Source: an uncultured Phycisphaerales bacterium
Lineage (GTDB): Bacteria > Planctomycetota > Phycisphaerae > Sedimentisphaerales > Anaerobacaceae
NCBI GenBank assembly: GCA_963718665.1
Contig: OY970359.1
Span: forward strand, 896,001-960,000
Length of the DNA: 64,000 bases
Reading direction: 5' to 3'
Part shown: in pieces, positions 38,032 to 47,644 of the stretch
Position numbering within the stretch: the first letter of the stretch is position 1
Layout: every line of letters starts with the position of its first letter
Position numbers and translations under genes: made by a program
The notes under the pieces: model-generated
Databases searched by the model: none
What the model was told of the DNA's origin: nothing
The model's input: only the letters and a program-made list of their open reading frames with translations

Positions 38032-39417
38032 ATGGCTGAAAAGACAATTCTCGTGGTGGATGACGACAAGGTAATCCGCGATTGCCTGACGGAGTTTTTG
38101 AAGACCGAGGGATTCAAAACGGGCGTCGCAGCGACAGTCAAAGACGCTGCCGCTGAGCTGGAAAAGCAGGATTACGCGCTTGTCATTACCGAAATCAACC
38201 TGCCCGACGGCGACGGCTTTCAATTGTTGGATTTAGTAAGGCATAATCATCCTCAGACCGTTGTCGTGGTCATCACCGGCTATGGCACTATCGAAAGCGC
38301 GGTGCGGGCGATAAAGACCGGGGCTTATGATTATCTCACCAAGCCGATTAACGACGACGAGCTGCGCCTCGCGGTTACACGCGCGATAAAACAGCAGTCG
38401 CTCATCAGTGAAAACGTCAGCTTGCGCTCACTGCTTGAGCAAAGATACAGTTTGGACAACATACTTAGTCATGATTATAAAATGGCGAGGATATTCGAGT
38501 TAGTGGAGGCCGTGGCGGACAGCAAAACCACGATTCTTATGACGGGGCCGTCGGGAACGGGCAAAACGATGCTCGCCCGCGCGATTCATCACCACTCCGG
38601 CAGACGCAAAGAGGCCTTTATTGAAGTAAGCTGCGGCGCGCTACCCGAAACGCTCCTCGAAAGCGAACTCTTCGGCCACATTAAAGGCAGTTTTACGGGC
38701 GCGGTGGCAAACAAGAAGGGAAAATTCTTAGCGGCGGATGGGGGGACGATATTTTTGGATGAGGTTGGCAACGCGTCGCCCGCGCTGCAGGTGAAATTGC
38801 TTCGGGTGCTGGAAGACAGGCAGTTTGAGCCGGTGGGAAGCAATAAGACGATTACGGTTGACGCGAGGATTATATTAGCAACGAACAGAAACCTGATCGA
38901 GGAGGTCAAGCAGGGCAGGTTCAGGGAGGATTTGTATTACAGAATCAACGTCGTTACGATAAATCTGCCTGCGTTATCGGAGAGGGTTGGGGATATTGAG
39001 CTATTGGCCAAGCATTTTTTGAAGAGATACAGCGGGCAGCACAACAAAAAGAAGCTGGGAATAACCGATGAGGCAATGGGGTTTCTGGAACGTTATCCCT
39101 GGCCGGGCAACGTGCGAGAGCTTGAGAACGTGATTGAGCGGGCGGTGCTGCTGGGTAAGGGCAGCTTCGTAACGCCCGACGATTTGCCGGCGGTCATCAG
39201 GCAGGAGCAGGTCATCCAGGGGCCGGAGTATAAGGCGGTGAGTTTGAAAAAGGCGGTCGCTGAGCCGGAGAAAAATATCATTCGCCAGGCGCTTGAGGCG
39301 CACAAATGGAACAGGCAGGAGACGGCGGACGCACTTGGTATTAACCGCACGACGCTTTTTAAGAAGATGAAACGCTACGGACTTTATGCGGAGGCCGAGC
39401 GGTTAGGGCTTATGTAG
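38032..39417 (+). CDS. sigma54-dependent NtrC-family regulator (REC-AAA+-Fis HTH)
   Basis: ILVVDDD, GPSGTGKT, ESELFGH..GSFTGA, FREDLYYR, WPGNVRELEN, LGINRTTL. Confidence 0.95.
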   Translation: MAEKTILVVDDDKVIRDCLTEFLKTEGFKTGVAATVKDAAAELEKQDYALVITEINLPDGDGFQLLDLVRHNHPQTVVVVITGYGTIESAVRAIKTGAYDYLTKPINDDELRLAVTRAIKQQSLISENVSLRSLLEQRYSLDNILSHDYKMARIFELVEAVADSKTTILMTGPSGTGKTMLARAIHHHSGRRKEAFIEVSCGALPETLLESELFGHIKGSFTGAVANKKGKFLAADGGTIFLDEVGNASPALQVKLLRVLEDRQFEPVGSNKTITVDARIILATNRNLIEEVKQGRFREDLYYRINVVTINLPALSERVGDIELLAKHFLKRYSGQHNKKKLGITDEAMGFLERYPWPGNVRELENVIERAVLLGKGSFVTPDDLPAVIRQEQVIQGPEYKAVSLKKAVAEPEKNIIRQALEAHKWNRQETADALGINRTTLFKKMKRYGLYAEAERLGLM

Positions 39418-39576
39418 TCGCAAGACACGGACAGACGCGGACTCTAAAAACACACGGACTGGCACAGACACAAGACGCAGGATGCAAGGGAGAAGGCAGA
39501 AGTTAGAAGGCAGAGGGTGGAAATCAGGTCATTAGGATACCAGAGTATCAGGAAATAAGGCAGAGGGCGGCTATCT

Positions 39577-39882
39577 TTATTTTTCCTCTTTGGGCAGCTC
39601 GTACATTCCGTGGCCGCTGTTGCGGAGTTTGCCCAGCCGGCACAATTCCTCCCAGACCTCGCGAGGAAACTGGTTTGGCGGCTGTATCGCGTAAACGCCC
39701 TTGGCCCCGCTCGAAAAAGGCCCGCGTCCGAGATTCGAATCGTCATCGAGCGCAGTAAGTTTGAGCCGTTTCTTGAACGCCTTCATCGCGCTCTTGAGCG
39801 TCTCCGGCGTTATGCTACTTGCCTGAGCCGGCAATTCGTTAGCCGGGGGAATGCCGGACCCTTGCTGCTGGTTATCTGTCAT
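39577..39882 (-). CDS. conserved hypothetical protein (planctomycete-type)
   Basis: LKSAMKAFKKRLKLT.LDDDS.LG; GGAGG RBS before ATG 39882. Confidence 0.8.
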   Translation of the reverse strand: MTDNQQQGSGIPPANELPAQASSITPETLKSAMKAFKKRLKLTALDDDSNLGRGPFSSGAKGVYAIQPPNQFPREVWEELCRLGKLRNSGHGMYELPKEEK

Positions 39883-39970
39883 ATCTGCCTCCGTTCTCGT
39901 TTTAAATTTAAGCCACAGAGATATTATAGCCACAGAGGGCACAGAGAAATATTTTCGACCCCGATAAAGT

Positions 39971-40555
39971 TTACTTAGCGTTCTTCTTAGGGGCATTTGG
40001 TTCTGTTTTAGCCGCATTCGGGTCGGCCTCGACCTTAGTCGCCTCCGGGCCAAATACGACAACATCGTCAACAAAGAAATTAATGCCCGGCGACGGGCCT
40101 TCCAAGTAAACATCTAATGTTGTCAAAGTCCCGCTGGCGCTAAGTGTGAATTCTCCTGAAAGCTCGACCCATTCAGTTTTGCTCGCCGTTGCCTTGGCAA
40201 CATTCTTATATTTGGTGCCCTTGTCGTCGGCCTGTTCGATGGATATCGTTATGGTATTGGCATCTGCGTTTTCCAGGCGAACCCACGCTGAAATCTTATA
40301 TGTCTTTCCATTCAATACTTTGCCCAGCAGGGACTGTTTTATCCCCTGCCACTCCGCGGTCCTGCCGAACACCTTTGCGCTTTTTGCGCCGCTGTGAACC
40401 GGCGTTGTTACCGCCTCGATTTTGCACGACCTGTCTGACCAATCTTCGATTCCGTTTTCAAAACCGGGATTTTTCAGCACGTTGGCATCGCCGAACGCCG
40501 GCGTAAATGACACAAGCAAACTTAAAAGCAGGCATGAACACATATACTTAATCAT
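39971..40555 (-). CDS. secreted carbohydrate-binding (CBM4/9-like) protein
   Basis: signal peptide, NPGFE.G...W, HSG..S, WQG..Q, YKISAWV, FFVDDV. Confidence 0.85.
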   Translation of the reverse strand: MIKYMCSCLLLSLLVSFTPAFGDANVLKNPGFENGIEDWSDRSCKIEAVTTPVHSGAKSAKVFGRTAEWQGIKQSLLGKVLNGKTYKISAWVRLENADANTITISIEQADDKGTKYKNVAKATASKTEWVELSGEFTLSASGTLTTLDVYLEGPSPGINFFVDDVVVFGPEATKVEADPNAAKTEPNAPKKNAK

Positions 40556-40653
40556 TTTATCAATCCCTCAATAAACATTTACTAAAGTTGTTATCGCTAC
40601 ACTCGTTAACAGGTTACTTTTATCATCTGAATCTGTCAAGTGGGCAAAAGGTT

Positions 40654-40880
40654 TTACCGCGGAGAACGCTGAGACCGCGGAGATTTTTTTAGACACGGAT
40701 TAACACGGCTTTAGCAACCTCAAAGAATCTTTAGACGCTAAGAAGGGAGAAGATACTCGATACTGGATGCTCGATACTCGAAGGCGGGGGCAGGTAAATC
40801 TTGTTGGAAACTCACCGCGAATGTCGGTAGAATCGATAAGTAATGCAAAAATAAAAGAGCAAAAAGTAAAAATAAAAATT
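40654..40880. repeat. cluster of nonamer and heptamer degenerate repeats
   Basis: ccgcggaga acgctgaga ccgcggaga; acacggatt aacacgg; gatactc gatactg gatgctc gatactc. Confidence 0.75.
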
Positions 40881-40924
40881 ATGGCAGACGGAAAAACGAT
40901 TGCTGCCTCCCTCTTTCTAATCCT

Positions 40925-41710
40925 TTATCGTTTCTGGACAACAACAAACTGACAGTTGAAAAATGCGCTTGATAAGAAAGCAATTATATTTGCCTTATCT
41001 TTTCTCTGCTGACTTTCCATCAATTTTTCAATTATACTGCTCAACGGCATCTCCGTTGTTTTCTGGAGTATCGTTGTCAGCGTTTCGAATACTTTATCTA
41101 AATGTACCGACAACGGCATATCACCAATTTTATCTAAGGACTTCTCAACATCCGAACTAAATCTCTCAAAACCATAATCCCCTTTTAATTCTTTAGGACT
41201 TGAGTAAAAGTGCCAAGGCCCCTCAAGCCTGAAAGAAATGTGATGCCATTCTTCATCGATAAACCGTCCCTGAATGCCATCAAAAGAAGGTCTGACAAAA
41301 ATCGAGTTTTTGCAAACAACCCTATTGGCGTAATGGACTGCAAGTTCTTGTGGGCTGTGAAATGCTGGCGCAACATAATATACTTGCTCTCCTTTATCTT
41401 CAAGGTCAAGTAGCAAAATATGCTGTCTTGAACGATTGATATTTATAAGATACATGCGATAGACAGGAGAACCTTCTGAGAAAAATCCATCCCTTACTTC
41501 TTTAGCATAGCTCCTTATCATACAGTCTGTGAGTTTGAATTGGAAAAAGTATGACAAACCAGGCCTGTCTAATCTCACATCATATCCCAAGTTAGCTTCC
41601 TGCCGTAAAGAAGGGAAAAAAGGTACAGCAATCAATTCTCTACCGGGCCAGTTCACCATCTCGTTAACAATTGCAAATCCATAAGAGAACTCGGAGATAA
41701 TAGGTTTCAT
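40925..41710 (-). CDS. hypothetical protein, PD-(D/E)xK nuclease-like
   Basis: SE..., E..LGYDV, FFQFK motif; AT-rich. Confidence 0.6.
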   Translation of the reverse strand: MKPIISEFSYGFAIVNEMVNWPGRELIAVPFFPSLRQEANLGYDVRLDRPGLSYFFQFKLTDCMIRSYAKEVRDGFFSEGSPVYRMYLININRSRQHILLLDLEDKGEQVYYVAPAFHSPQELAVHYANRVVCKNSIFVRPSFDGIQGRFIDEEWHHISFRLEGPWHFYSSPKELKGDYGFERFSSDVEKSLDKIGDMPLSVHLDKVFETLTTILQKTTEMPLSSIIEKLMESQQRKDKANIIAFLSSAFFNCQFVVVQKR

Positions 41711-41896
41711 TATTCCCTCTAAATGCTTTCCGTAACCATAAATCTTTTAATCTTCCGACCTTAAGGTAACAGTATAATACTAAACAGCAAAAAAAGACAA
41801 GTATTTTTGGGTTAACAGGAATAATTGGCCCTTGAAAACCGGGCAGTATTGGGTAGAATTGGAGACAACACCAAAAGCAATGTGAGGAATTGACTT

Positions 41897-42676
41897 ATGG
41901 AAACGTGTTTTGTAATACAACCTTTTGATGGCGGTGTGTACGATAAACGTTATGAAGATATATTTGAGCCAGCTATCAAAAATGCGGGGTTGGAACCTTA
42001 TAGAGTCGACCGAGATCCCAAAGTAAGCATACCAATAGAAGATATTGAGAGAGGTATTAAAAATTCACGCTTATGTTTTGCAGAGATTACTCTTGACAAT
42101 CCGAATGTATGGTTCGAACTTGGTTATGCAATTGCTAATCAGAAAGATGTGGTCCTTGTGTGTTCCAAAGAGAGGACAAAATTTCCTTTTGATATTCAGC
42201 ATCGACGGTTAATTCAGTATAAAACCGATTCACCCAGTGATTTTAATGAATTGCAAGTTGCTATTACAGAACGCATCAAGGCGTTGATGAAAAAGGAAAT
42301 TAAGCTGGATGAAGTCAAGCGATTGCGATTATCCCCTATTGCTGAAACTCAAGGTCTTAAGCAACATGAAGTCACAGCTCTTGCAACAATAATGCAAAAC
42401 CAGTTAACTCCTGAATCAACCGTTTTAAGTTATACGGTTAAGGAAGATATGAATAAAGCTGGTTTCACGGATATTGCCGTGAGTCTTGCTTTGAAATCCT
42501 TATTAAAGAAGGGCATGGTAAGAATCAAACAAGGTACTAATTATGATGGCGAAGAATATCACGCATATATCGTCTCTAAAAACGGAGAAGAATGGTTGCA
42601 GCAAAATCTAGACAAACTAATACTGCAAATGGAACACAGGAACCTCAAAAAAATTACCGATGATATTCCCTTCTGA
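41897..42676 (+). CDS. nucleoside 2-deoxyribosyltransferase-like (NDT) domain plus wHTH-like C-terminus ending in DDIPF
   Basis: CFVIQPF, YRVD, AEIT..NPNVWFELGYA, PFDI. Confidence 0.75.
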   Translation: METCFVIQPFDGGVYDKRYEDIFEPAIKNAGLEPYRVDRDPKVSIPIEDIERGIKNSRLCFAEITLDNPNVWFELGYAIANQKDVVLVCSKERTKFPFDIQHRRLIQYKTDSPSDFNELQVAITERIKALMKKEIKLDEVKRLRLSPIAETQGLKQHEVTALATIMQNQLTPESTVLSYTVKEDMNKAGFTDIAVSLALKSLLKKGMVRIKQGTNYDGEEYHAYIVSKNGEEWLQQNLDKLILQMEHRNLKKITDDIPF

Positions 42677-42766
42677 TATCGGAAGGATGTCAGCATTGAA
42701 GAGTAATCGACTCATCCCCCATTTTAGTCAGCCCCATGCTGTGCAGGAGAAGTGAGCAGACGAACT

Positions 42767-43465
42767 ATGCCGAAGAAAAGACATTCAGCGAGTAAATATC
42801 TGCCGAGAGGGCTGGACATACTCTACGAAGACAAGGATATCCTTGTGGTGGATAAGCCGGCGGGGCTGTTGACCGTGGGGACGGACAACAATAAAACCCG
42901 GACTGCTTACTATATGCTGACCGATTACGTGCGCAAGGGCAATCCGAGGTCGCGAAGCCGGATTTTCATTGTTCATCGGCTGGACCAGTCCACCTCCGGC
43001 GTGCTGGTATTCGCGAAAACCGAAGAGGCGAAATTCAATCTGCAATCACAGTGGAAAGACACGGAAAAGAAATATATCGCGGTGGTCTATGGCCAGTTAG
43101 CCAAAAAGGAGGACGTTATTACCTCATACTTAGCCGAAAACAAGGCCTACGTCGTCTATTCCACAAAAGACGCCACAAAAGGCAAATTGGCGCATACGGC
43201 TTATAAGGTGCTTAAAGAGAGCAGGCGGTTTAGCTTGTTAGAGATAAATCTTCTGACTGGCAGGAAAAACCAGATACGCGTGCATTTGGCTGATAAGGGA
43301 CACCCGGTCGTGGGCGACGGCAAATACGGAAAATCAAAGGATGGATTCAGGCGATTGGCACTTCACGCCAAATCGCTCTCCTTCAACCACCCGGCAAACG
43401 GCAGGCGGATGACTTTTGAAACCAGAGTGCCGAATTATTTCAATGAGCTGGTTGATAACGGATAA
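42767..43465 (+). CDS. RluA family pseudouridine synthase
   Basis: VVDKPAGL, VHRLD..TSG, TGRKNQIRVH, HPVVGD..YG; start 42752 or 42767. Confidence 0.93.
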   Translation: MPKKRHSASKYLPRGLDILYEDKDILVVDKPAGLLTVGTDNNKTRTAYYMLTDYVRKGNPRSRSRIFIVHRLDQSTSGVLVFAKTEEAKFNLQSQWKDTEKKYIAVVYGQLAKKEDVITSYLAENKAYVVYSTKDATKGKLAHTAYKVLKESRRFSLLEINLLTGRKNQIRVHLADKGHPVVGDGKYGKSKDGFRRLALHAKSLSFNHPANGRRMTFETRVPNYFNELVDNG

Positions 43466-43498
43466 GTAATTGCCGATTGCCGATTGTTGATTGAAAGT

Positions 43499-43609
43499 GG
43501 GTCCCCTGTTGCAAAACCAAAGGAGTAACTTCTCGGGGGCAGGCGGGCAGATGAGGACTAACCCTGCCACTCGCCAAGGGCGAAGATGGCAGGGCTAAAT
43601 ATTTTAAGG
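43499..43609 (+). repeat. structured dispersed repeat, copy 2, preceded by a (TTGCCGA)n heptamer array
   Basis: aligns end to end with 1701-1821 except for a different inner hairpin. Confidence 0.8.
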
Positions 43610-43617
43610 GAACAGGA

Positions 43618-44538
43618 TTACGCGTTTCTGCGCGGGGTTTTGCGGACGATTGCCTCGTAATCTTTTACTTCGTCGATGGACTCGAAGCCGACGACGACGG
43701 CGCTGACGCAGCCGAGGTTGAAGACGAAGTCGGCGGTTTTTTCGCGAAGTTCGGGGTCGTTACGATAGTGGCCTTCGCCAATTTGTTTCATACCGACGAC
43801 GCCTTTGCCTGCATCGTGAATTTTACGGATGATGGGGACAACTTCATCGGGAGAGCCGTCCATATCCACGCCTGTGGCGTTGATTCTGGTGTGGACGGAT
43901 TCGACCCAGGGTTCTTCTGCGGCGACTTTGAGGGCGTCCATCGAGTGGCAGGAGACACCGAGCGCGCGGACTTTGCCTTTTGCCTTGGCTTCGCTCATTC
44001 CGTCCATATACGGTTTGAGAGTTTTGTTCCAGTCGGGCGCCATCATACAGTGGAGCAGGAGAAGGTCGATGTAGTCGGTGTTCAATTCACTGAGGAAGCG
44101 GTCGATTGTCACAAGCGGTTTTTCTTTTTCTTCGACGGGCGGGTCCCAAACCATCAGTTTGGAAACGATGGTGAACTTGTCGCGTGGGACACCCTGGAGG
44201 GCGGGGATGATATAGGGATGCGAGCCATACATATCGGCGGTGTCGAAGAGCCGACAGCCGCGGTCATAAGCTTCTTTCAATAAACCCTGGAATTTTTCTT
44301 TGCCGAGACGGACCTGATTCGAGGAGTGCCTTCCGCCCTTCATACCTGTGCCGCAGCCGACGCGTGTAACTTTGATTCCGGTTTTGCCGAGGGGAACGAT
44401 TTCCCACGGGTCAAAGGTTTTGCTCTTCGCCGATGTTACGGCGTTTGATGCGCATCCTGTCAATGTCGAGCCAAGCAGAAGACCTGATGCGCCGACGAGT
44501 GAGCCGGCAAGAAATTCACGACGTCCGATGCGTTCCAT
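43618..44538 (-). CDS. aldo/keto reductase with Tat/lipoprotein signal
   Basis: GRREFL, LTGC, LGKTG, FDTADMYG, DYIDLLLLH, GVSCH. Confidence 0.9.
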   Translation of the reverse strand: MERIGRREFLAGSLVGASGLLLGSTLTGCASNAVTSAKSKTFDPWEIVPLGKTGIKVTRVGCGTGMKGGRHSSNQVRLGKEKFQGLLKEAYDRGCRLFDTADMYGSHPYIIPALQGVPRDKFTIVSKLMVWDPPVEEKEKPLVTIDRFLSELNTDYIDLLLLHCMMAPDWNKTLKPYMDGMSEAKAKGKVRALGVSCHSMDALKVAAEEPWVESVHTRINATGVDMDGSPDEVVPIIRKIHDAGKGVVGMKQIGEGHYRNDPELREKTADFVFNLGCVSAVVVGFESIDEVKDYEAIVRKTPRRNA

Positions 44539-44576
44539 TTTTAGCACTCCTGAAATTATGACTTGCAATTTTTTTT

Positions 44577-44621
44577 AGCCACAGAGTTTTTAAGCCACAG
44601 AGGACACAGAGGTCACAGAGA
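44577..44621. repeat. CACAGAG nonamer-type repeats (also at 39911-39947)
   Basis: agccacagag..agccacagaggacacagaggtcacagag. Confidence 0.75.
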
Positions 44622-44693
44622 ATTGAATTATAAACAATGTTAATCCGTGTCTTTTTCATTGTATCAGGCACTCTTAGTTTTTTTATGACGCCC

Positions 44694-45224
44694 TTAATGT
44701 ATTTGGCCGAGCATGTTTCGCCATCGATTGATATGCCCATCTTCGTCGGCCTGGTCCTTTTCAATCATCTTTCTTGTTTGTTCGTCCCAATCGACGGTTT
44801 CAAGGAGTTCAGCATAATGTTTTACGGCCTTTGTTTCAACCCAAATACCGGTTTTTAGAATGGCTTTTGGTCCGAGGAGGCGGGAGACGAAACCAAAAAC
44901 GAAGCCGACCATCCAGAAGGCGGGCCTCAGGATGGCGGGTTTGAAGCCGTATTCGTAGAGTTTGACCTGGAAATCCTGGAGGTGGGTCATCTCGTTGCAC
45001 ATAGCGGCGATAAGCTGGCGATTAAGCTCGGACGGGGTTTTGGTGAGCTGGAATTTATAGATGCTGACTGCCATAGTTTCGAGGGTGTGAAAGGCCTGAA
45101 GGGCTTTTTTGAGCGTTTTCAACTTCGCCGGGTTGGTGGGTTTGCTTCTGAGGTGAATATCGTGTGCCGTCATCTGCGGGCGTATTATTTCGACATTATA
45201 TTTTTGCCTGTTCTCGCCGGTCAT
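44694..45224 (-). CDS. ferritin-like di-iron protein (COQ7/DMQ hydroxylase family-like)
   Basis: E..A..IY..Q, E..H, VE..AV.HY, DE..H. Confidence 0.8.
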   Translation of the reverse strand: MTGENRQKYNVEIIRPQMTAHDIHLRSKPTNPAKLKTLKKALQAFHTLETMAVSIYKFQLTKTPSELNRQLIAAMCNEMTHLQDFQVKLYEYGFKPAILRPAFWMVGFVFGFVSRLLGPKAILKTGIWVETKAVKHYAELLETVDWDEQTRKMIEKDQADEDGHINRWRNMLGQIH

Positions 45225-45396
45225 TTATCGCATCCTTTCACGTAAGTAATATTGATTATCCCAATGAGCAGGCGATTTGTCAAATGCAGGAATACACGAC
45301 AAAAACCTTGCGAAAACGGGCTCGTTTAGTTATCGTTTGAGGTTCGTTTTGGCAGTCAAAATTCGAGAGTTAAAAATTATTTGCGGGAAAATTGAA

Positions 45397-47436
45397 ATGA
45401 GTGAAGCGGTAAGAGTGAAAGGCGTAACTGAGCTTGATGAACTTTGTATCGATACGATAAGATTTTTGTCGGCGGACGCGGTCCAGAAGGCCAAGTCGGG
45501 GCATCCGGGTATGCCGATGGGTTTGGCGCCGGCGGCATATACTTTGTGGATGCGGCATCTGAAATTCAATCCGGCGAATCCGAAGTGGTTCAACCGCGAC
45601 AGGTTTGTGCTTTCGGGCGGGCATGGGTGTATGCTGCTTTATTCGCTGCTGTATCTGACGGGCTACGATATGACGCTGGATGACCTGAAAAACTTCAGGC
45701 AGTGGGGAAGCAAGACGCCGGGACATCCGGAATACAAACCCGAACTTGGAATTGAGGCAACGACGGGGCCGTTAGGCCAGGGGATTTCGAACGCGGTTGG
45801 TATGGCGATTGCGCAGAAGTACACGGCTAATTATTTCAACCGCGAGGGATTTCCCGTTGTCGATTACAAAATTTACGTAACCTGCGGTGACGGCGACCTC
45901 GAAGAAGGAATATCAAGCGAAACAAGCTCATTAGCGGGACATCTTGCGCTGGATAATTTGATTGTCATTTACGATGACAATCACATTTCAATCGACGGCG
46001 AGACGGGTTTATCATTCACCGAGGACACGGCGAAACGCTACAAGGCATACGGGTGGAACGTGATTGAGGTGCCGGGTGACGGGAACGATATGGTAACATT
46101 CGAAAAGGCGCTGAAAAAAGCGAAACGGACGAAGGATAAGCCGACGCTGATAAAACTTCGCACGCATATCGCATTTGGCGCACCGACAAAACACGATACG
46201 GCAGAGGCGCACGGCTCGCCATTGGGTGAAGATGAGATTAAAGCGACCAAACGAGCATTCGGCTGGGACCCGGAAAAGACGTTTAATGTCCCCGAACAGG
46301 TCCTGCCGCATACCCGCACCGCCATCGACAAAGGCAAAAGGGCGGAGGCGTCGTGGAATCGGATGTTCAAAAAATATGAGGCGGCAAATCCGCAGTTAGC
46401 GGAACAGTTCAAAAACGCCGTCGAAAATAAAGTCGCGGTTGATATTGATTCACTGCTGCCCAAATTCGACGTGGTGAAGGAAGGCAAGCCCAACGCGATT
46501 GCGACGCGTTCAGCATCAGGAAAAACGCTGGACGCTCTTATGCCGCATTTGCCGTTTATACTGGGAGGCAGCGCGGACCTGACGCCATCGAATAATACGC
46601 GATGGAAAGACGTGAAGGATTTTCAGCCGAATTGCCGCGAGGGCAGATACATCAGGTTCGGCGTTCGTGAGCACGGGATGGGCGCGATACTCAGCGGCAT
46701 ATCAATAAGCGGGATGACCCGCGCTTTCGGCGGAACTTTTCTGGTATTCAGCGATTATATGCGCGGCGCGGCGCGAGTGGCGGCGATATCACATTACCCG
46801 ACGATTTTCGTCTGGACGCACGACAGCATCGGCGTGGGCGAAGATGGGCCGACACATCAGCCGGTGGAACACTTTGCGGCGCTGCGGGCGATACCGAACC
46901 TGCTGACTATCAGGCCGGCAGACGCGAATGAAACCGCGCAGGCGTGGAAATTCATTTTGCAATACCGCAACGGGCCGGTGGCGCTGCTGCTTACGCGGCA
47001 GAATCTGCCCATTATTGACCAGACCAAATACGCATCTGCGGATAATCTCGCCAAAGGCGCTTATGTTTTGATTAGTGCGGATAAATCGGATGTGTTGCTT
47101 TTGGCGACCGGCTCGGAGGTTTCTCTTGCAGTCGAAGCATATAACAAACTTTCCGCTGAAGGGATTAAAGCAAGAGTGGTTAGTATGCCCTGCTGGGAGT
47201 TATTCGAGAAGCAAAGCAAAGAATATCGCGACTCGGTGATACTGCCTGACGTGAAGACAAGGGTCGGCGTCGAGGCGGGAATTGAGCTTGGCTGGCACAA
47301 GTGGGTTGGGGACAAAGGAATCTTTATTGGTATGTCTTCATTCGGCGCATCAGCCCCCTTCAAGACCTGCTACGAAAAATTCGGGATAACAACTGATGCC
47401 GTGGTAACCGCAGCGAAGAAATTACTGGGCAGATAG
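45397..47436 (+). CDS. tkt: transketolase
   Basis: SGHPG, NRDRFVLSGGH, TTGPLGQG, GDGD, FGVREHGM, HDSIGVGEDGPTHQP. Confidence 0.97.
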   Translation: MSEAVRVKGVTELDELCIDTIRFLSADAVQKAKSGHPGMPMGLAPAAYTLWMRHLKFNPANPKWFNRDRFVLSGGHGCMLLYSLLYLTGYDMTLDDLKNFRQWGSKTPGHPEYKPELGIEATTGPLGQGISNAVGMAIAQKYTANYFNREGFPVVDYKIYVTCGDGDLEEGISSETSSLAGHLALDNLIVIYDDNHISIDGETGLSFTEDTAKRYKAYGWNVIEVPGDGNDMVTFEKALKKAKRTKDKPTLIKLRTHIAFGAPTKHDTAEAHGSPLGEDEIKATKRAFGWDPEKTFNVPEQVLPHTRTAIDKGKRAEASWNRMFKKYEAANPQLAEQFKNAVENKVAVDIDSLLPKFDVVKEGKPNAIATRSASGKTLDALMPHLPFILGGSADLTPSNNTRWKDVKDFQPNCREGRYIRFGVREHGMGAILSGISISGMTRAFGGTFLVFSDYMRGAARVAAISHYPTIFVWTHDSIGVGEDGPTHQPVEHFAALRAIPNLLTIRPADANETAQAWKFILQYRNGPVALLLTRQNLPIIDQTKYASADNLAKGAYVLISADKSDVLLLATGSEVSLAVEAYNKLSAEGIKARVVSMPCWELFEKQSKEYRDSVILPDVKTRVGVEAGIELGWHKWVGDKGIFIGMSSFGASAPFKTCYEKFGITTDAVVTAAKKLLGR

Positions 47437-47468
47437 TCGCAAATACAGCTATTACAGATACTTATAAC

Positions 47469-47498
47469 GGCGGGCCGCGCAAAACGACCCGCCTTTTT
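47469..47498 (+). terminator. intrinsic terminator after tkt
   Basis: GGCGGG/CCCGCC stem plus T5. Confidence 0.75.
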
Positions 47499-47644
47499 GT
47501 TAGACCGACCTGAAAACGACAAGGGAGATACGATGTTTCCCAGCCACCTCAATTTTGAGGGATTTTTAACTTGACATTCTATTTTTAATGTGGTAAGCGT
47601 ATATTAAGAATCGTATTTGTTTTGCATGGAAAGGGGCAATACAA

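Noticed and set aside
42677..42707. Short DRKDVSIEE* as another displaced gene end
   Set aside because: No matching parent gene end in the window
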